From Candidatus Dojkabacteria bacterium (lineage in GTDB: Bacteria; Patescibacteriota; Dojkabacteria; SC72), in the NCBI GenBank assembly GCA_035370505.1, contig DAOOVU010000001.1, positions 17,109-81,108 of the forward strand: DNA of 64,000 nt, written 5' to 3'. The position numbers were made by a program, and so were the translations under genes. Under the pieces are notes generated by a model. The model did no database searches. It was not told where the DNA came from and worked only from the letters and a program-made list of their open reading frames with translations. This document shows, piece by piece, positions 39,507 to 49,828 of this stretch; the stretch's first letter is position 1; every line of letters begins with the position of its first letter.

Positions 39507-40087
39507 AAAAATTTCTTTTGATATTTTTTGTGGGAATATTTGTAATAGCTATTATCTTTTGTGGAATTGTTCTCTTCAAATATAACTCTTGGAAGAAGGA
39601 ATTTAATAAAGAAGGTGATAATATTTCATGCTTTAGTAATATTCATCAGGATAGCAATATTGATACTTCAGAAAAAATTAAAGATTTTGTACTATCATCT
39701 TCTTCTGGGTATTTACAATTTTCAATAGATGAAACACTCTCTTTTCTTCATAATGATGTCAAAGTTTCAGAAGGTATGAATATTGAAGATATATGCATAA
39801 ATCCAAGTAAGGGTGAGTGGACAGTGTATATTAATACGAAGGTAGAGAATTTTGATCTTCCATGGATAAAATTAAATGTTATCAAAGATGAAAGAGAGAC
39901 AGTAGAACTTTATGTTAGTGAAATTTCATTCGGAGATATGAAAATACCAGATATTCTTGCAAATGGTATCCTAGATGAGATAAACAGAGGAATAAGCGAT
40001 GGTATTTTGATAGTAAATGAAAATAATTTCTTGGGGAAAAATATAACTAACATAGAACTGTTAAATGATGGTGTAGTAATACGCTGA
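39503..40087 (+). CDS. Hypothetical membrane-anchored protein
   Basis: N-terminal TM (FLLIFFVGIFVIAIIFCGIVLF) then a soluble domain; overlaps the murJ stop by 4 nt. Confidence 0.4.
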   Translation: MKKFLLIFFVGIFVIAIIFCGIVLFKYNSWKKEFNKEGDNISCFSNIHQDSNIDTSEKIKDFVLSSSSGYLQFSIDETLSFLHNDVKVSEGMNIEDICINPSKGEWTVYINTKVENFDLPWIKLNVIKDERETVELYVSEISFGDMKIPDILANGILDEINRGISDGILIVNENNFLGKNITNIELLNDGVVIR

Positions 40088-40093
40088 TGATTA

Positions 40094-40122
40094 TTGCCAA
40101 AATAAATCTCAGATGCTACAAT
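40094..40122 (+). promoter_or_regulatory. Putative sigma70 promoter TTGCCA-N17-TACAAT for groES-groEL
   Basis: TTGCCA at 40094-40099, 17-nt spacer, TACAAT at 40117-40122. Downstream is a degenerate CIRCE-like CTGGCAATT-N9-ATCTGCTAA (40126-40152). Confidence 0.4.
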
Positions 40123-40159
40123 ACTCTGGCAATTGATAAATTGATCTGCTAAATGTCAT

Positions 40160-40459
40160 ATGAGTAAAGATATAAAAATTAAGCCATTAGGCAAAAAAGT
40201 TCTTGTTAAACCAGATAAGGTTGAGGAAAAAACTGCTGGTGGTCTAGTTCTTCCGCCAAGCTCAACTGAAGGTGAAAAACCTGAAACTGGTGTAGTAATC
40301 AAGCTCGGAGAAGGTACTGTAAAAGGGAAAAAGGTTACTTTTGATGTCAAGGTTGGGGATAGAATATATTTTAAGAAATATTCTCCTGATGAAATAGAGG
40401 TTGATTCTGAAAAATATTTTATTCTTGATTCTGACGATATACTGGCTGTCTTGGAATAG
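40160..40459 (+). CDS. groES: Co-chaperonin GroES
   Basis: IKPLGKKVLVKP...GEGT...VKVGDRIYFKKYSPDEIEVD; 99 aa. Confidence 0.9.
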   Translation: MSKDIKIKPLGKKVLVKPDKVEEKTAGGLVLPPSSTEGEKPETGVVIKLGEGTVKGKKVTFDVKVGDRIYFKKYSPDEIEVDSEKYFILDSDDILAVLE

Positions 40460-40502
40460 CCTTTTTCTGTGTGAGCTATATTAATTTTTAGTACAAAAAA
40501 CT

Positions 40503-42128
40503 ATGGCAAAATCAATTATTTACAATGAAGAAGCTAGAAAAGCCTTAAAAGCTGGAGTAGATACAATCGGGAATGCTGTTAAAGTAACATTAGGACCAAA
40601 AGGGAGAAATATTGCATTGGCTAAGAGTTTTGGGAGTCAAGTTATTACTAAAGACGGTGTTACTGTTGCTAAAGAAATAGAAGATAAAGATCCTTTCAGG
40701 AATGTCGGTGTAGAAATGATAAAAGAGGCTTCAAACAAAGTGAATGATTTGGCAGGAGATGGTACAACAACCGTTACTGTACTTGCTCAAGCAATAGCAG
40801 CTGCTGGCTTTAAAAATGTAGCTGCAGGAGCAAATCCAATATCGTTAAAAAGGGGCTTGGATAAAGGAACAGAAGAAATAGTAAAGGAGCTTTCAAAAAT
40901 GGCTAAAAAAATAAGTGGAAAGGAAGAAATTTCACAAGTTGCAACAATTTCTACAAATAACGAAAAAGAACTAGGAGATATGATAGGCGGAGTTTTTGAA
41001 AAAGTTGGTAAAGATGGAGTTATCACTGTAGAAGAGGCTAAAGGCTTTAACGATGAAGTTGAATATACGGAAGGTATGGAGTTTGAGAATGGCTATGTAA
41101 GTGCATACTTCATAAATAGCCCAGAGACTTTAGAGACAATTATGGATAATCCATATATATTTATAACGGACAAAAAGTTGTCTAATTTGCAGGATATTCA
41201 AGCTATTGCAGAAAAAGTTTTGTCAGCTGCAAATAGACCTTTGGTAATCATAGCTGATGATATTGAGAATCAAGCGTTAGCAACATTAGTTGTTAATAAA
41301 CTGAGAGGAACTTTAGATGTTGTTGCAGTGAAAGCTCCTGGATTTGGGGATAGGAAGAAAGAAATGCTAAAAGATTTAGCAGTTTTGACTGGGGCGGAAT
41401 TCATATCGGAAGAGTTAGGCAGAACCCTAGATGCTGTTGAGTTAACTGATTTAGGGTCTGCTAAGAGAGTTATTGTAAACAAGGAGAAAACAATTATTGT
41501 TGAAGGAAAAGGAGAGAAAGAGGATATTGAAAATAGAATAAAAGAGATAAGAACACAAATAGAAAATACAACATCAGACTATGACAGAGAAAAACTTCAA
41601 GAAAGGTTAGCCAAACTAGCAGGAGGAGTTGCAGTTATAAAAGTAGGAGCTGCTTCAGAGGTAGAAGCTAAAGAAAAGAAAATGAGAATAGAAGATGCAA
41701 TAAATGCAACTAGAGCTGCAATAGAAGAGGGTGTTGTCGCAGGAGGTGGTCTTGCATTGCATAATGCTAAGGAAGTTTTAAACAAGATTAAACTTGATGA
41801 CAAAGATGAACAACTGGGAATAGATATATTGAAATCAATTCTAAGCGAACCATTGAAGCAAATTGCTGAGAATGCTGGAGAAGATGGTGCAGTTGTGGCA
41901 TCTAATTGTAAGGGAAACAAAGGATTTAATGCTAAAACAGGAGAATATGTTGATATGTTTGAGGCAGGAATAATAGATCCAGTTAAAGTTACAAGACTTG
42001 CTCTAGTTAATGCAGTATCTGTGGCGTCAATGTTGATAACAACAGAGGCAGTAGTCGCAGATATTCCAGAAGAAAAAGAGCATTCCCATGCAGGAGCAGA
42101 AATGGGAGATATGTCAGGAATGATGTAA
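40503..42128 (+). CDS. groEL: Chaperonin GroEL
   Basis: [16 protein letters not shown]; ITVEEAKG; C-terminal GDMSGMM. Confidence 0.95.
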   Translation: MAKSIIYNEEARKALKAGVDTIGNAVKVTLGPKGRNIALAKSFGSQVITKDGVTVAKEIEDKDPFRNVGVEMIKEASNKVNDLAGDGTTTVTVLAQAIAAAGFKNVAAGANPISLKRGLDKGTEEIVKELSKMAKKISGKEEISQVATISTNNEKELGDMIGGVFEKVGKDGVITVEEAKGFNDEVEYTEGMEFENGYVSAYFINSPETLETIMDNPYIFITDKKLSNLQDIQAIAEKVLSAANRPLVIIADDIENQALATLVVNKLRGTLDVVAVKAPGFGDRKKEMLKDLAVLTGAEFISEELGRTLDAVELTDLGSAKRVIVNKEKTIIVEGKGEKEDIENRIKEIRTQIENTTSDYDREKLQERLAKLAGGVAVIKVGAASEVEAKEKKMRIEDAINATRAAIEEGVVAGGGLALHNAKEVLNKIKLDDKDEQLGIDILKSILSEPLKQIAENAGEDGAVVASNCKGNKGFNAKTGEYVDMFEAGIIDPVKVTRLALVNAVSVASMLITTEAVVADIPEEKEHSHAGAEMGDMSGMM

Positions 42129-42154
42129 TAAACTAAGTCCTTTATCCGCCGTCA

Positions 42155-42454
42155 ATGGGGAACTTTGTAAAGAGAACGGAGAATTTTGTATGTGAAAACT
42201 GTAAAACAGAGAATATTGGCGGTGGATACACGGACCATTGTTTTAAGTGTTTGTATTCAAAACATGTTGATATTAATCCAGGTGATAGGAACTGTAAGTG
42301 CCAAGGACTGATGAAGCCGGTATTTGTAGATATACATAATGGCAAGTATCGAATATATTATGAATGTGAAAAATGTGGCTACAAGCATAGAGTTATTGCT
42401 AGTAAGAATGATAATTTTGAAGAGATTGTAAAATTAACAGGATGTGGATATTAA
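42155..42454 (+). CDS. Cys-rich zinc-ribbon protein (four CxxC/CxC pairs)
   Basis: CENC...CFKC...CKC...CEKC; 99 aa; convergent with the XRE-S24 gene. Confidence 0.45.
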   Translation: MGNFVKRTENFVCENCKTENIGGGYTDHCFKCLYSKHVDINPGDRNCKCQGLMKPVFVDIHNGKYRIYYECEKCGYKHRVIASKNDNFEEIVKLTGCGY

Positions 42455-42993
42455 AACCTTATCTCTTGGGCAATGACTTTCCCAAGAAGTGTATCTTTCA
42501 TGCCTTTTGAAAATCTTTTGACAAAAAGTTTATTTTGATTCTGTACCAAAACTAGATCACCTGCAGAAATATGAGAATTTGGAGAGATATACAAACATCC
42601 AGCTTTAGTAAATTCGTAAGCCTCTGTGCTGTTGATTTCAATGATTGAAGTATCTATGACAAACGCATCTTGATCTTGCTGAATAATCCAGTCGGGACAT
42701 GAATAGAATAAATAAGTGTTTGATTTTGAAAATTTCTTCGGAATCTGGGTAAACAAAGGTACTCTGTTTCCATGAGAAAATGCAATATCATCAGAATCTC
42801 TCAACAAAGCTGACGGAGTTGTATCTAGAGCATCGGCTAAATTGTCTAATTGATTGAGTGGAGAGCTGACACCTCTTTCGTATCTAGATACCATTTCCCA
42901 TGTCTTCCCTATTTTATCAGCAAGCTCCTGTTGTGTAAGTTTCTTTTTCTGCCTATATATCTTTATATTCTCTCCAATATAATTATCTTTCAT
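42451..42993 (-). CDS. XRE-family HTH repressor with C-terminal S24 (LexA/CI-like) peptidase domain
   Basis: HTH IKIYRQKKKLTQQELADKIGKTWEMVSRYERG. The C-terminal region GDLVLVQNQNKLFVKRF matches the S24 Lys motif, with a candidate Ser in VIDTSII. Confidence 0.6.
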   Translation of the reverse strand: MKDNYIGENIKIYRQKKKLTQQELADKIGKTWEMVSRYERGVSSPLNQLDNLADALDTTPSALLRDSDDIAFSHGNRVPLFTQIPKKFSKSNTYLFYSCPDWIIQQDQDAFVIDTSIIEINSTEAYEFTKAGCLYISPNSHISAGDLVLVQNQNKLFVKRFSKGMKDTLLGKVIAQEIRF

Positions 42994-43007
42994 ATATTCA
43001 AATTCTA

Positions 43008-43021
43008 TTTACATATGTAAA
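43008..43021. promoter_or_regulatory. Perfect 14-bp palindrome TTTACATATGTAAA; candidate operator of the XRE-S24 repressor
   Basis: Located 15-28 nt upstream of the repressor start codon (42993, minus strand). Confidence 0.35.
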
Positions 43022-43113
43022 AGGATAGAATAGATTTTACTGTCATAAATAAGAAATATACTTTCTTGTTTTGCAATGATTTTGTAATTTAATAAGCCTA
43101 AAATATTCTGATT

Positions 43114-43251
43114 ATGAATGAAAAAGTCATAGTTTCTCAGATAGAAAAGCTACTCTCCAGCTATAACAAACTTATGGAATCAAACAGTTATAGTCATTCC
43201 AATATCAAAGAAATGAGAGAAATCCTAAAGAAAATACAAAAATCATTATGA
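43114..43251 (+). CDS. Possible small ORF (45 aa)
   Basis: MNEKVIVSQIEKLLSSYNKLMESNSYSHSNIKEMREILKKIQKSL; lies between the repressor and the metallopeptidase genes; no SD; weak. Confidence 0.2.
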   Translation: MNEKVIVSQIEKLLSSYNKLMESNSYSHSNIKEMREILKKIQKSL

Positions 43252-43701
43252 AATTACTTTTATCCAGTTCTCTTTAAGCCATTTGTCTGCTAATTTTTGC
43301 TCCTCGAGTAATCCTCTTTTTTTCAACTCTTTATTAATAATATTTCCCTTGTGTGGTTTGGAAAATTGCTTTTTCAATGGAGAATTAAAGCCATGAGTAT
43401 AATGACATAACTCATGAGCTATTGTTGCTTTTATTACATACTCTGGAACTACCTCATTTCGAAAATATCTAGTTATTGTTATTATAGAAATACTTTTGTT
43501 ATCTTGAACGATATATTCATCATATTTCTTTCTCATTAAACCCTTGATCTTACTTTCATTGTGAGCCAACGATATACATCCAAGCTGCCTTTTAGAATAT
43601 TTTCCAAACTTAATTAGCACAAAATTCTTCCTAGGAACATCACAGAAATAGTTGTCCCATAAGTCATAAAGTAGATTTTCTAAAAAATCATTATCTCTCA
43701 T
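43246..43701 (-). CDS. HExxH zinc metallopeptidase, SprT / DUF45(YgjP) / ImmA-like
   Basis: ATIAHELCHYTHG motif followed by a ...KWLKENW C-terminus; 151 aa. Confidence 0.5.
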   Translation of the reverse strand: MRDNDFLENLLYDLWDNYFCDVPRKNFVLIKFGKYSKRQLGCISLAHNESKIKGLMRKKYDEYIVQDNKSISIITITRYFRNEVVPEYVIKATIAHELCHYTHGFNSPLKKQFSKPHKGNIINKELKKRGLLEEQKLADKWLKENWIKVIS

Positions 43702-43715
43702 TTATTCAATATATT

Positions 43716-45524
43716 TTGACAGCATGTTATCATATTTCAATGAGTCTTAAGAAAACCACAGGCAATTTTACCACATTAAAAAAAGTTCTATCATTTATCT
43801 ATTCTAGATACGCAAAATATGCGGTCTCTAGAGATATTTTGTCTGTAATCTCCTCAATTGCAGAAATCTTGTCAATTACAGTATTTGGTAAATTCATAGA
43901 TGCGACGGTAGAAATATTTGCAGAATGGGACTCTTTTGATCTTACGACATACATAGCGTCTGAGTCTTTTGAATATCTTCTCTTCCTACTACTTCTTTGG
44001 ATATTTTCACAGGTATGTTCCCAAGGGAAATCATACCTATATACAGTAATATCCGAAAAGATTACAAAAGATTCTCAACATATGCTGATATCAAAAGTTG
44101 CAGAATCAAATATGGAAGACGTTGAGAAAGAAGATTTTCAAGATATGATTACATATGTTCCAGCACTTTCAATAGGCAAAATAGCCCCAATATATGATTA
44201 TTTATCAGTCATATTATCTAACATTATTCGTTTTGTAGGAGCGGTCATAATCATTTACAAAATAATGGGTGTTTCTGTATTTTTAATTGTACTATTTGTC
44301 ATTCCAGAAGCGGTAATTGTACACTTGAAAAGGAAGGAAATACTCAGATACCAAGATGAATCAGTAGGAAAATTAAAATTCCTAAATTACATACAAAATC
44401 TTTCCCTTACAATTTCAAACTTTCTTGAATTACGAGTAAACAATGTATATTCATATTTGAAAAGAAAATATGAATCAGAATATGATGAATATCAAACAGG
44501 GTATCTTAAAGCACTCTCTAGCTTGTATTCAGATGATACAGCAGCTGGTATTCTTGGACAGTGCATGAAATTTGGATATGTTCTATATGTACTGTCTGTT
44601 TCTATTGCTAAAAAAGTATCCTTTGGTACATTCAAAGCTTTATATGACTATATTGATTCTGCATATGCAGGAATTTTTAATATATTAAACTCAATCTCCC
44701 TTATAGGGTTTAACTTGGGATATGTTGAAAAATTTTTTGCCCTTGTAGAATACAACTGTTTCGGAGATAAATACCATGGAGATAGAAAACTTGGAAGTCA
44801 CACCCCTTTACTTGAATTTAAAAATTTGAGTTTTGCATACCCTGATGATCCAGAAACACTAATTTTGAAGAATTTAAATATTACAATTAGACCAGGAGAA
44901 AAAGTTGCTTTTCTAGGAGGAGATGGATCTGGAAAAAGTACTACTGTAAAGATATTAACTGGGCTGTATGCTGTTGAGATTGGAGATTATCTGTTAGATA
45001 ACATACCTACAAAAGAATTAGACCGAGGAGAATTGAAGAAAAAGCTTTCTGTAATTTTTCAAGACTACATTAACTATAATTTTAGTCTAAAAGAGAATGT
45101 AGTAATATCAGGACAACGAAAAAATGTAAACGAAGAGCTATACAAAAAGGTTACAAAAATAGCTGGAATAGAAGAATTGAAGAAAGTCGCCAATATTGAG
45201 GATAAAAGTATTCTTGGAAAAGTATTTCCATCAGGAAAAGATCTTTCTCCTGGTTATTGGCAGAGACTTGCGATAGCAAGAATGTTATACAGAAATAAAG
45301 ATATATTCATAATGGATGAACCTTTTACATATGTAGATGATATATCCGCAGAAAAAATTTTGAATGGAATATTTGAATTTGCTGGAGAAGATAGAACAAT
45401 TATATATATAACTAGGAGAACAAAGTTTTTGGAAAAATTTGATAGGATATATTACTTTGAAAAAGGTAAGATCATAAGGGAGGAAAAATGGAGTGAAATA
45501 CAAGATAAACTAGGAGTATTGTAA
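43716..45524 (+). CDS. ABC transporter, fused permease/ATP-binding protein (exporter type)
   Basis: N-terminal TM domain; Walker A GGDGSGKST; signature LSPGYWQRL; Walker B IFIMDEP. Confidence 0.75.
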   Translation: MTACYHISMSLKKTTGNFTTLKKVLSFIYSRYAKYAVSRDILSVISSIAEILSITVFGKFIDATVEIFAEWDSFDLTTYIASESFEYLLFLLLLWIFSQVCSQGKSYLYTVISEKITKDSQHMLISKVAESNMEDVEKEDFQDMITYVPALSIGKIAPIYDYLSVILSNIIRFVGAVIIIYKIMGVSVFLIVLFVIPEAVIVHLKRKEILRYQDESVGKLKFLNYIQNLSLTISNFLELRVNNVYSYLKRKYESEYDEYQTGYLKALSSLYSDDTAAGILGQCMKFGYVLYVLSVSIAKKVSFGTFKALYDYIDSAYAGIFNILNSISLIGFNLGYVEKFFALVEYNCFGDKYHGDRKLGSHTPLLEFKNLSFAYPDDPETLILKNLNITIRPGEKVAFLGGDGSGKSTTVKILTGLYAVEIGDYLLDNIPTKELDRGELKKKLSVIFQDYINYNFSLKENVVISGQRKNVNEELYKKVTKIAGIEELKKVANIEDKSILGKVFPSGKDLSPGYWQRLAIARMLYRNKDIFIMDEPFTYVDDISAEKILNGIFEFAGEDRTIIYITRRTKFLEKFDRIYYFEKGKIIREEKWSEIQDKLGVL

Positions 45525-45545
45525 GTGATGGTGTAAAATATAGGT

Positions 45546-46400
45546 ATGCAAATATTAGATGGAAAGAAGCTTTCTAAAAAAATACTAGAGAACATATCTG
45601 AAGAAATTCAAGGGTTAAAAGCGATGAAAAAACAAGTTCCAAGGCTTGATGTGATAATTGCTGGGGACGATTTTGGTAGCATGAAGTATGTTCAAATGAA
45701 GGAGAGAACTGCACAGGAAATAGGTTTAGAGGTGAAGGTTCATCATTTTTCTAGTGAGACGAAAACAGATGAAATCGTAAATTTGATAAATTCGTTGAAT
45801 AAAGATACAGAAGTAACTGGCATTATGGTTCAGCTTCCTCTCCCAAAAAATATTGATGATAATGTTGTTCTTGAAACAATTTCGTCAGAGAAAGATGTAG
45901 ATGGACTTACCGCAGTGAACTTAGGAAGACTTTTTCAAAATAGTAAGTTTGGAATAGCTCCTGCGACACCGCTTGGTATAATGAAATTGCTTAGTGAATA
46001 CAATATTGATATATCTGGAAAAAGAGCAGTAATAATTGGAACTAGTAATATTGTTGGAATTCCTCTAGGTGCTATGTTTCTTAATGAGCATGCGACTGTT
46101 ACTTTATGTAACTCAAAAACAAAAGGTCTAAAAGAAATTTGTAAAGAAGCTGATATATTAGTTAGTGCTACAGGAATTCCCTTGTTGATAAAAGGAGAAT
46201 ATCTTAAGAAGGGCTGTGTAGTTATCGATGTAGGATCAAACAAGCATCCTCGAACTGGGAAGGTTACTGGTGATGTTGATTGGGAATCTGTGAATGGAAT
46301 TCCATCTTATATAACTCCAGTTCCTGGAGGTGTTGGTCCAATGACTATAGCTTGTCTTATGTTAAATTTAATGACCTGCTGGAAAAATGCTAAGAGATGA
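45546..46400 (+). CDS. folD: Bifunctional methylenetetrahydrofolate dehydrogenase/cyclohydrolase
   Basis: MQILDGKKLSKKI..., VQLPLP, GTSNIVGIPLGAM (NADP binding), PVPGGVGPMTIA. Confidence 0.85.
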   Translation: MQILDGKKLSKKILENISEEIQGLKAMKKQVPRLDVIIAGDDFGSMKYVQMKERTAQEIGLEVKVHHFSSETKTDEIVNLINSLNKDTEVTGIMVQLPLPKNIDDNVVLETISSEKDVDGLTAVNLGRLFQNSKFGIAPATPLGIMKLLSEYNIDISGKRAVIIGTSNIVGIPLGAMFLNEHATVTLCNSKTKGLKEICKEADILVSATGIPLLIKGEYLKKGCVVIDVGSNKHPRTGKVTGDVDWESVNGIPSYITPVPGGVGPMTIACLMLNLMTCWKNAKR

Positions 46401-47613
46401 AAAAATAGAGAGTCTGATAGATTTAGAAAAGGAAAGGCAGAAGAGTGGAATAGAGTTAATAGCTTCTGAGAACTATACTTCTGAAGAGGTTTTAAAGTGT
46501 ATGGGCTCGATACTGACGAATAAATATTCGGAAGGTTATCCTGGGAAGAGATATTACAAAGGGAATCAATATGTAGATGAGATAGAGATAGAGGCTATTG
46601 AGAGAGCTAAGCAATTATTTGGTGCTGAGCATGTCAATGTTCAACCGTATTCAGGATGCAGTGCAAACTTAGCAGTACATTTTGCTTTGCTTAATCCTGG
46701 AGATAGAACTCTTGGAATGAGTTTAGATTCGGGTGGTCATTTAAGTCATGGTTTTAAGGTTTCTATAAGTGGAAAATATTTTAATTCTGCAAGTTATGGG
46801 GTAGATGAGAATGGGTATTTAGATTATGAAGAGGTTGAAAAAATAGCAAAGGAGCATCATCCTAAATTGATATGGGCTGGTTTTTCTGCATATTCTAGAA
46901 TCGTTGACTGGAAAAGATTTAAGGATATAGCTGACAGTGTGGGGGCATATTTGTGTGCTGATATATCACATGTTGCAGGTTTGGTTGCTGGAGGTGTTTA
47001 TCCTTCTCCTGTTGGTATAGCCGATGTGGTTACTACGACAACGCACAAGACACTGAGAGGACCACGAGGGGCCATAATCATGTGTAATGAAGAGTTGGCT
47101 TCTTTGATAGACAAGGCAGTGTTTCCAGGTCTTCAAGGAGGTCCTCACAATCATATTACGGCAGGTATGGCGGTTGCGTTTAAAGAGGCTATGTCTGACG
47201 AGTTTAAGGAATATGTTGCACAAGTAGTTAAAAATTCACAAGAATTGTGTAATTCCCTAAAAAGTATGGGTTATGACATTATATCTGGAGGTACTGATAA
47301 TCACATGTTCCTAGTAAATATTATGAGTTCATCAGGTATAGGAGGGGAGGAGGCATCTTCAATTCTTGAGAAAGTGAATATTACGGTTAACAAGAATGCT
47401 ATTCCGTATGATAACAGAAAACCATGGGATCCTTCTGGTATAAGGATAGGAACACCTGCTGTTACTACAAGGGGAATGAAGGAAAAAGATATGACTAAAA
47501 TAGCAGTATTTATAGATACTGCTATAAAGAATAGAGATAATGAAGAAGTTTTGAAAAGCTTAAAATTAGATGTGCAGGATTTTGCATCCAAATTTCCAAT
47601 ACCAGGTATTTAA
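46387..47613 (+). CDS. glyA: Serine hydroxymethyltransferase
   Basis: ELIASENYTS, TTTTHKTLRGPRG (PLP lysine region). Confidence 0.9.
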   Translation: MLRDEKIESLIDLEKERQKSGIELIASENYTSEEVLKCMGSILTNKYSEGYPGKRYYKGNQYVDEIEIEAIERAKQLFGAEHVNVQPYSGCSANLAVHFALLNPGDRTLGMSLDSGGHLSHGFKVSISGKYFNSASYGVDENGYLDYEEVEKIAKEHHPKLIWAGFSAYSRIVDWKRFKDIADSVGAYLCADISHVAGLVAGGVYPSPVGIADVVTTTTHKTLRGPRGAIIMCNEELASLIDKAVFPGLQGGPHNHITAGMAVAFKEAMSDEFKEYVAQVVKNSQELCNSLKSMGYDIISGGTDNHMFLVNIMSSSGIGGEEASSILEKVNITVNKNAIPYDNRKPWDPSGIRIGTPAVTTRGMKEKDMTKIAVFIDTAIKNRDNEEVLKSLKLDVQDFASKFPIPGI

Positions 47614-47629
47614 TTAATATAGTTTAGAT

Positions 47630-49225
47630 ATGAAAATAAGTTTTAGAAAAGATTTAGGAATTGCAACAATAAAATCTGAATCTAACTGGAATAGTATTAA
47701 TATACATACACTTTTGCAAAATGTGGGGGAGAAACGTCCTTCAATAAATGCATATCTTGCAGCAAGATACAGTAGGTCATCTGATTCCATTTTGGATATT
47801 GCTTCGGAGATAATTAAGGATAATAGGGATTCTGCAGAGAGACTCGAGAAGATATTTGCTGGGTATGGTCATAAATCAGTTGGTGATATGGCTGACCTAT
47901 TTGTGTGTCTTGAGAATATTCCAATGTTTTCTGCGATGAAAATATTTTATGCTAATTCAGTTATAGCTGGGCAGGAAAGATCTACAAGATATCAGAATTT
48001 TGAGAATCCAGAATTTATCAAGATACCAAGAGAGATTTGTGAGAATACTGATGTGAGGAAGGAGTATGAAAGGATTATGTTAAAGGAGATTTCTGATTAT
48101 AGAGAACTTCTTAAGCCTACAAGAGAGAGTTTAGGTAATTATTTCTCAATAAATCAGGAGAGTCCTCAGGAAACTTCGGCTTTGAAATCGAGAGCTTTTG
48201 ATACTGCTAGATATCTCTTGCCTTTTGGGCTTGCTACAAGTTCTGCATATTTGATGTCTGCAAGATGTTGGTCTGACGAGATTTCATATTTATCTGCAAG
48301 TGATTCTGTTGTTGATAATGAGATATCAGAATTACTTATTAATTTGCTTGGTGAGAGTGATTTGGATGCGAAGGGGTATATTCGTGAGGCTGATAATTTG
48401 ATAAGGCATACAGATGCTAATTGCAATAGAAAGAATTCAACAGAGGAAATAATTGAATATTTAAGTAAATTTATTTCGAAAGAGCAAATTAGGGATATTG
48501 CAGAGAATGAGAAGGATTCTGTCATAGTGTCGTATTGTCCAGATTGTACTGAAACATTGATTTCCCATTATGAATTATTAATAAATCCCTTAGGGTCTGC
48601 TGAGGAATTAGAGTTTTCTGAAGATGATCAGGAATACATAAGCAATGTATTGTTTGAGAGGCATGATCATAACAACACTATTGGAAATTTAGGACAGTCT
48701 GGTGCTATTAAAGTTTCTGGTTTTGCTTCTTTGGGGACGCTAAAGGATTTGAATAGGCATAGGAGTTTAGAAAGATTTATTCCTTTGCTACATGATGGTG
48801 TAGATATGGATCAGGAGTTAAGGAGAAGGAATGATCAGTGTTTTTATTTGTGTAACTATTTGGATATTCCAAATTTGAGCAGATTAAAGAAGGAGTATCA
48901 GGAGAGGCTAGAGGAGACATACGAGAGGATAAGGGGGTGGAGAAAATATGCAGAAGAATATATGCCAAAGGAAGTAGTTGATGAATTTACTAGGTATCTG
49001 CTTCCTCATGCTCATGCAACTAAGTATGTAATGTATGGGTCTTTTGATGATTTGCAATATGTAATTAATTTGAGGAGTAGGAATGGAGGACATATAGCGT
49101 ATAGAGTGCTAGTCTATGAATGGTTGAGACAGCTTAGTGCGAAGGATCCTATATGGAAAGCATTGCTTAAAAAAGTTATTACTCCAAGGGTTGATGATAA
49201 ATCTCAGTTTATAGATAGGAGTTAA
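47630..49225 (+). CDS. Putative flavin-dependent thymidylate synthase (ThyX-like), unusually long / tandem form
   Basis: First half has GYGHKSVGDMADLF (ThyX GHxSVxE-like) and ...QERSTRY (the ThyX SxRY element) but ANS in place of RHR. Second half has NRHRSLERF (RHR) without SxRY. It sits between glyA and dcd. Confidence 0.4.
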   Translation: MKISFRKDLGIATIKSESNWNSINIHTLLQNVGEKRPSINAYLAARYSRSSDSILDIASEIIKDNRDSAERLEKIFAGYGHKSVGDMADLFVCLENIPMFSAMKIFYANSVIAGQERSTRYQNFENPEFIKIPREICENTDVRKEYERIMLKEISDYRELLKPTRESLGNYFSINQESPQETSALKSRAFDTARYLLPFGLATSSAYLMSARCWSDEISYLSASDSVVDNEISELLINLLGESDLDAKGYIREADNLIRHTDANCNRKNSTEEIIEYLSKFISKEQIRDIAENEKDSVIVSYCPDCTETLISHYELLINPLGSAEELEFSEDDQEYISNVLFERHDHNNTIGNLGQSGAIKVSGFASLGTLKDLNRHRSLERFIPLLHDGVDMDQELRRRNDQCFYLCNYLDIPNLSRLKKEYQERLEETYERIRGWRKYAEEYMPKEVVDEFTRYLLPHAHATKYVMYGSFDDLQYVINLRSRNGGHIAYRVLVYEWLRQLSAKDPIWKALLKKVITPRVDDKSQFIDRS

Positions 49226-49243
49226 TTTTAATTTTGTTTTGAT

Positions 49244-49828
49244 ATGATTCTCTCAGATGTTTCTATTAAGGAGAAGATGAAGAATGGCGAGATTATTATT
49301 GATCCTTTCCATGATGAATTTTTACAGCCTGCATCATATGATCTTCACCTAGATAGATATTTTTTAGTTTTTAATAAAGAAAATGTAGGGGTTATTGATG
49401 TGAAGAATCGTTGTGATAATTTAATGAGGGAGATTGATATTGGGGAAAATGGATTTTTTATAATTCATCCGGGGGAACTTGTTCTTGCTAATGTAAAAGA
49501 GGTAATAGGTGTTGATGATAAGCATGTTGGGCGATTAGAGGGAAAGAGTTCTTTAGGAAGAATTGGTTTGATAGTACATGCCACGGCTGGTTTTCTTGAT
49601 CCTGGGAATAAGTTGAGGATGACGTTAGAGTTATCAAATTTATCGTCTCTTCCCATTAAGGTATATGAGGGAATGGGGATTTCTCAGATAGCTTTTGAAG
49701 AGTTAGACCGTCCATGCAGAAGAGTATATGGTGATAAGGCTTTACATAGTAAATATGTTGGCGATTCAAAGGTAAAAGAAAGCCAAATGTGGAGAAACTT
49801 CAAAGATAGCAAAAACACACTCCATTAG
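49244..49828 (+). CDS. dcd: dCTP deaminase
   Basis: MILSDVSIKEKMKNGEIIIDPF...SYDLHL...GKSSLGRIGLIVHATAGFLDPG; typical dCTP deaminase/dUTPase-fold motifs. Confidence 0.85.
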   Translation: MILSDVSIKEKMKNGEIIIDPFHDEFLQPASYDLHLDRYFLVFNKENVGVIDVKNRCDNLMREIDIGENGFFIIHPGELVLANVKEVIGVDDKHVGRLEGKSSLGRIGLIVHATAGFLDPGNKLRMTLELSNLSSLPIKVYEGMGISQIAFEELDRPCRRVYGDKALHSKYVGDSKVKESQMWRNFKDSKNTLH

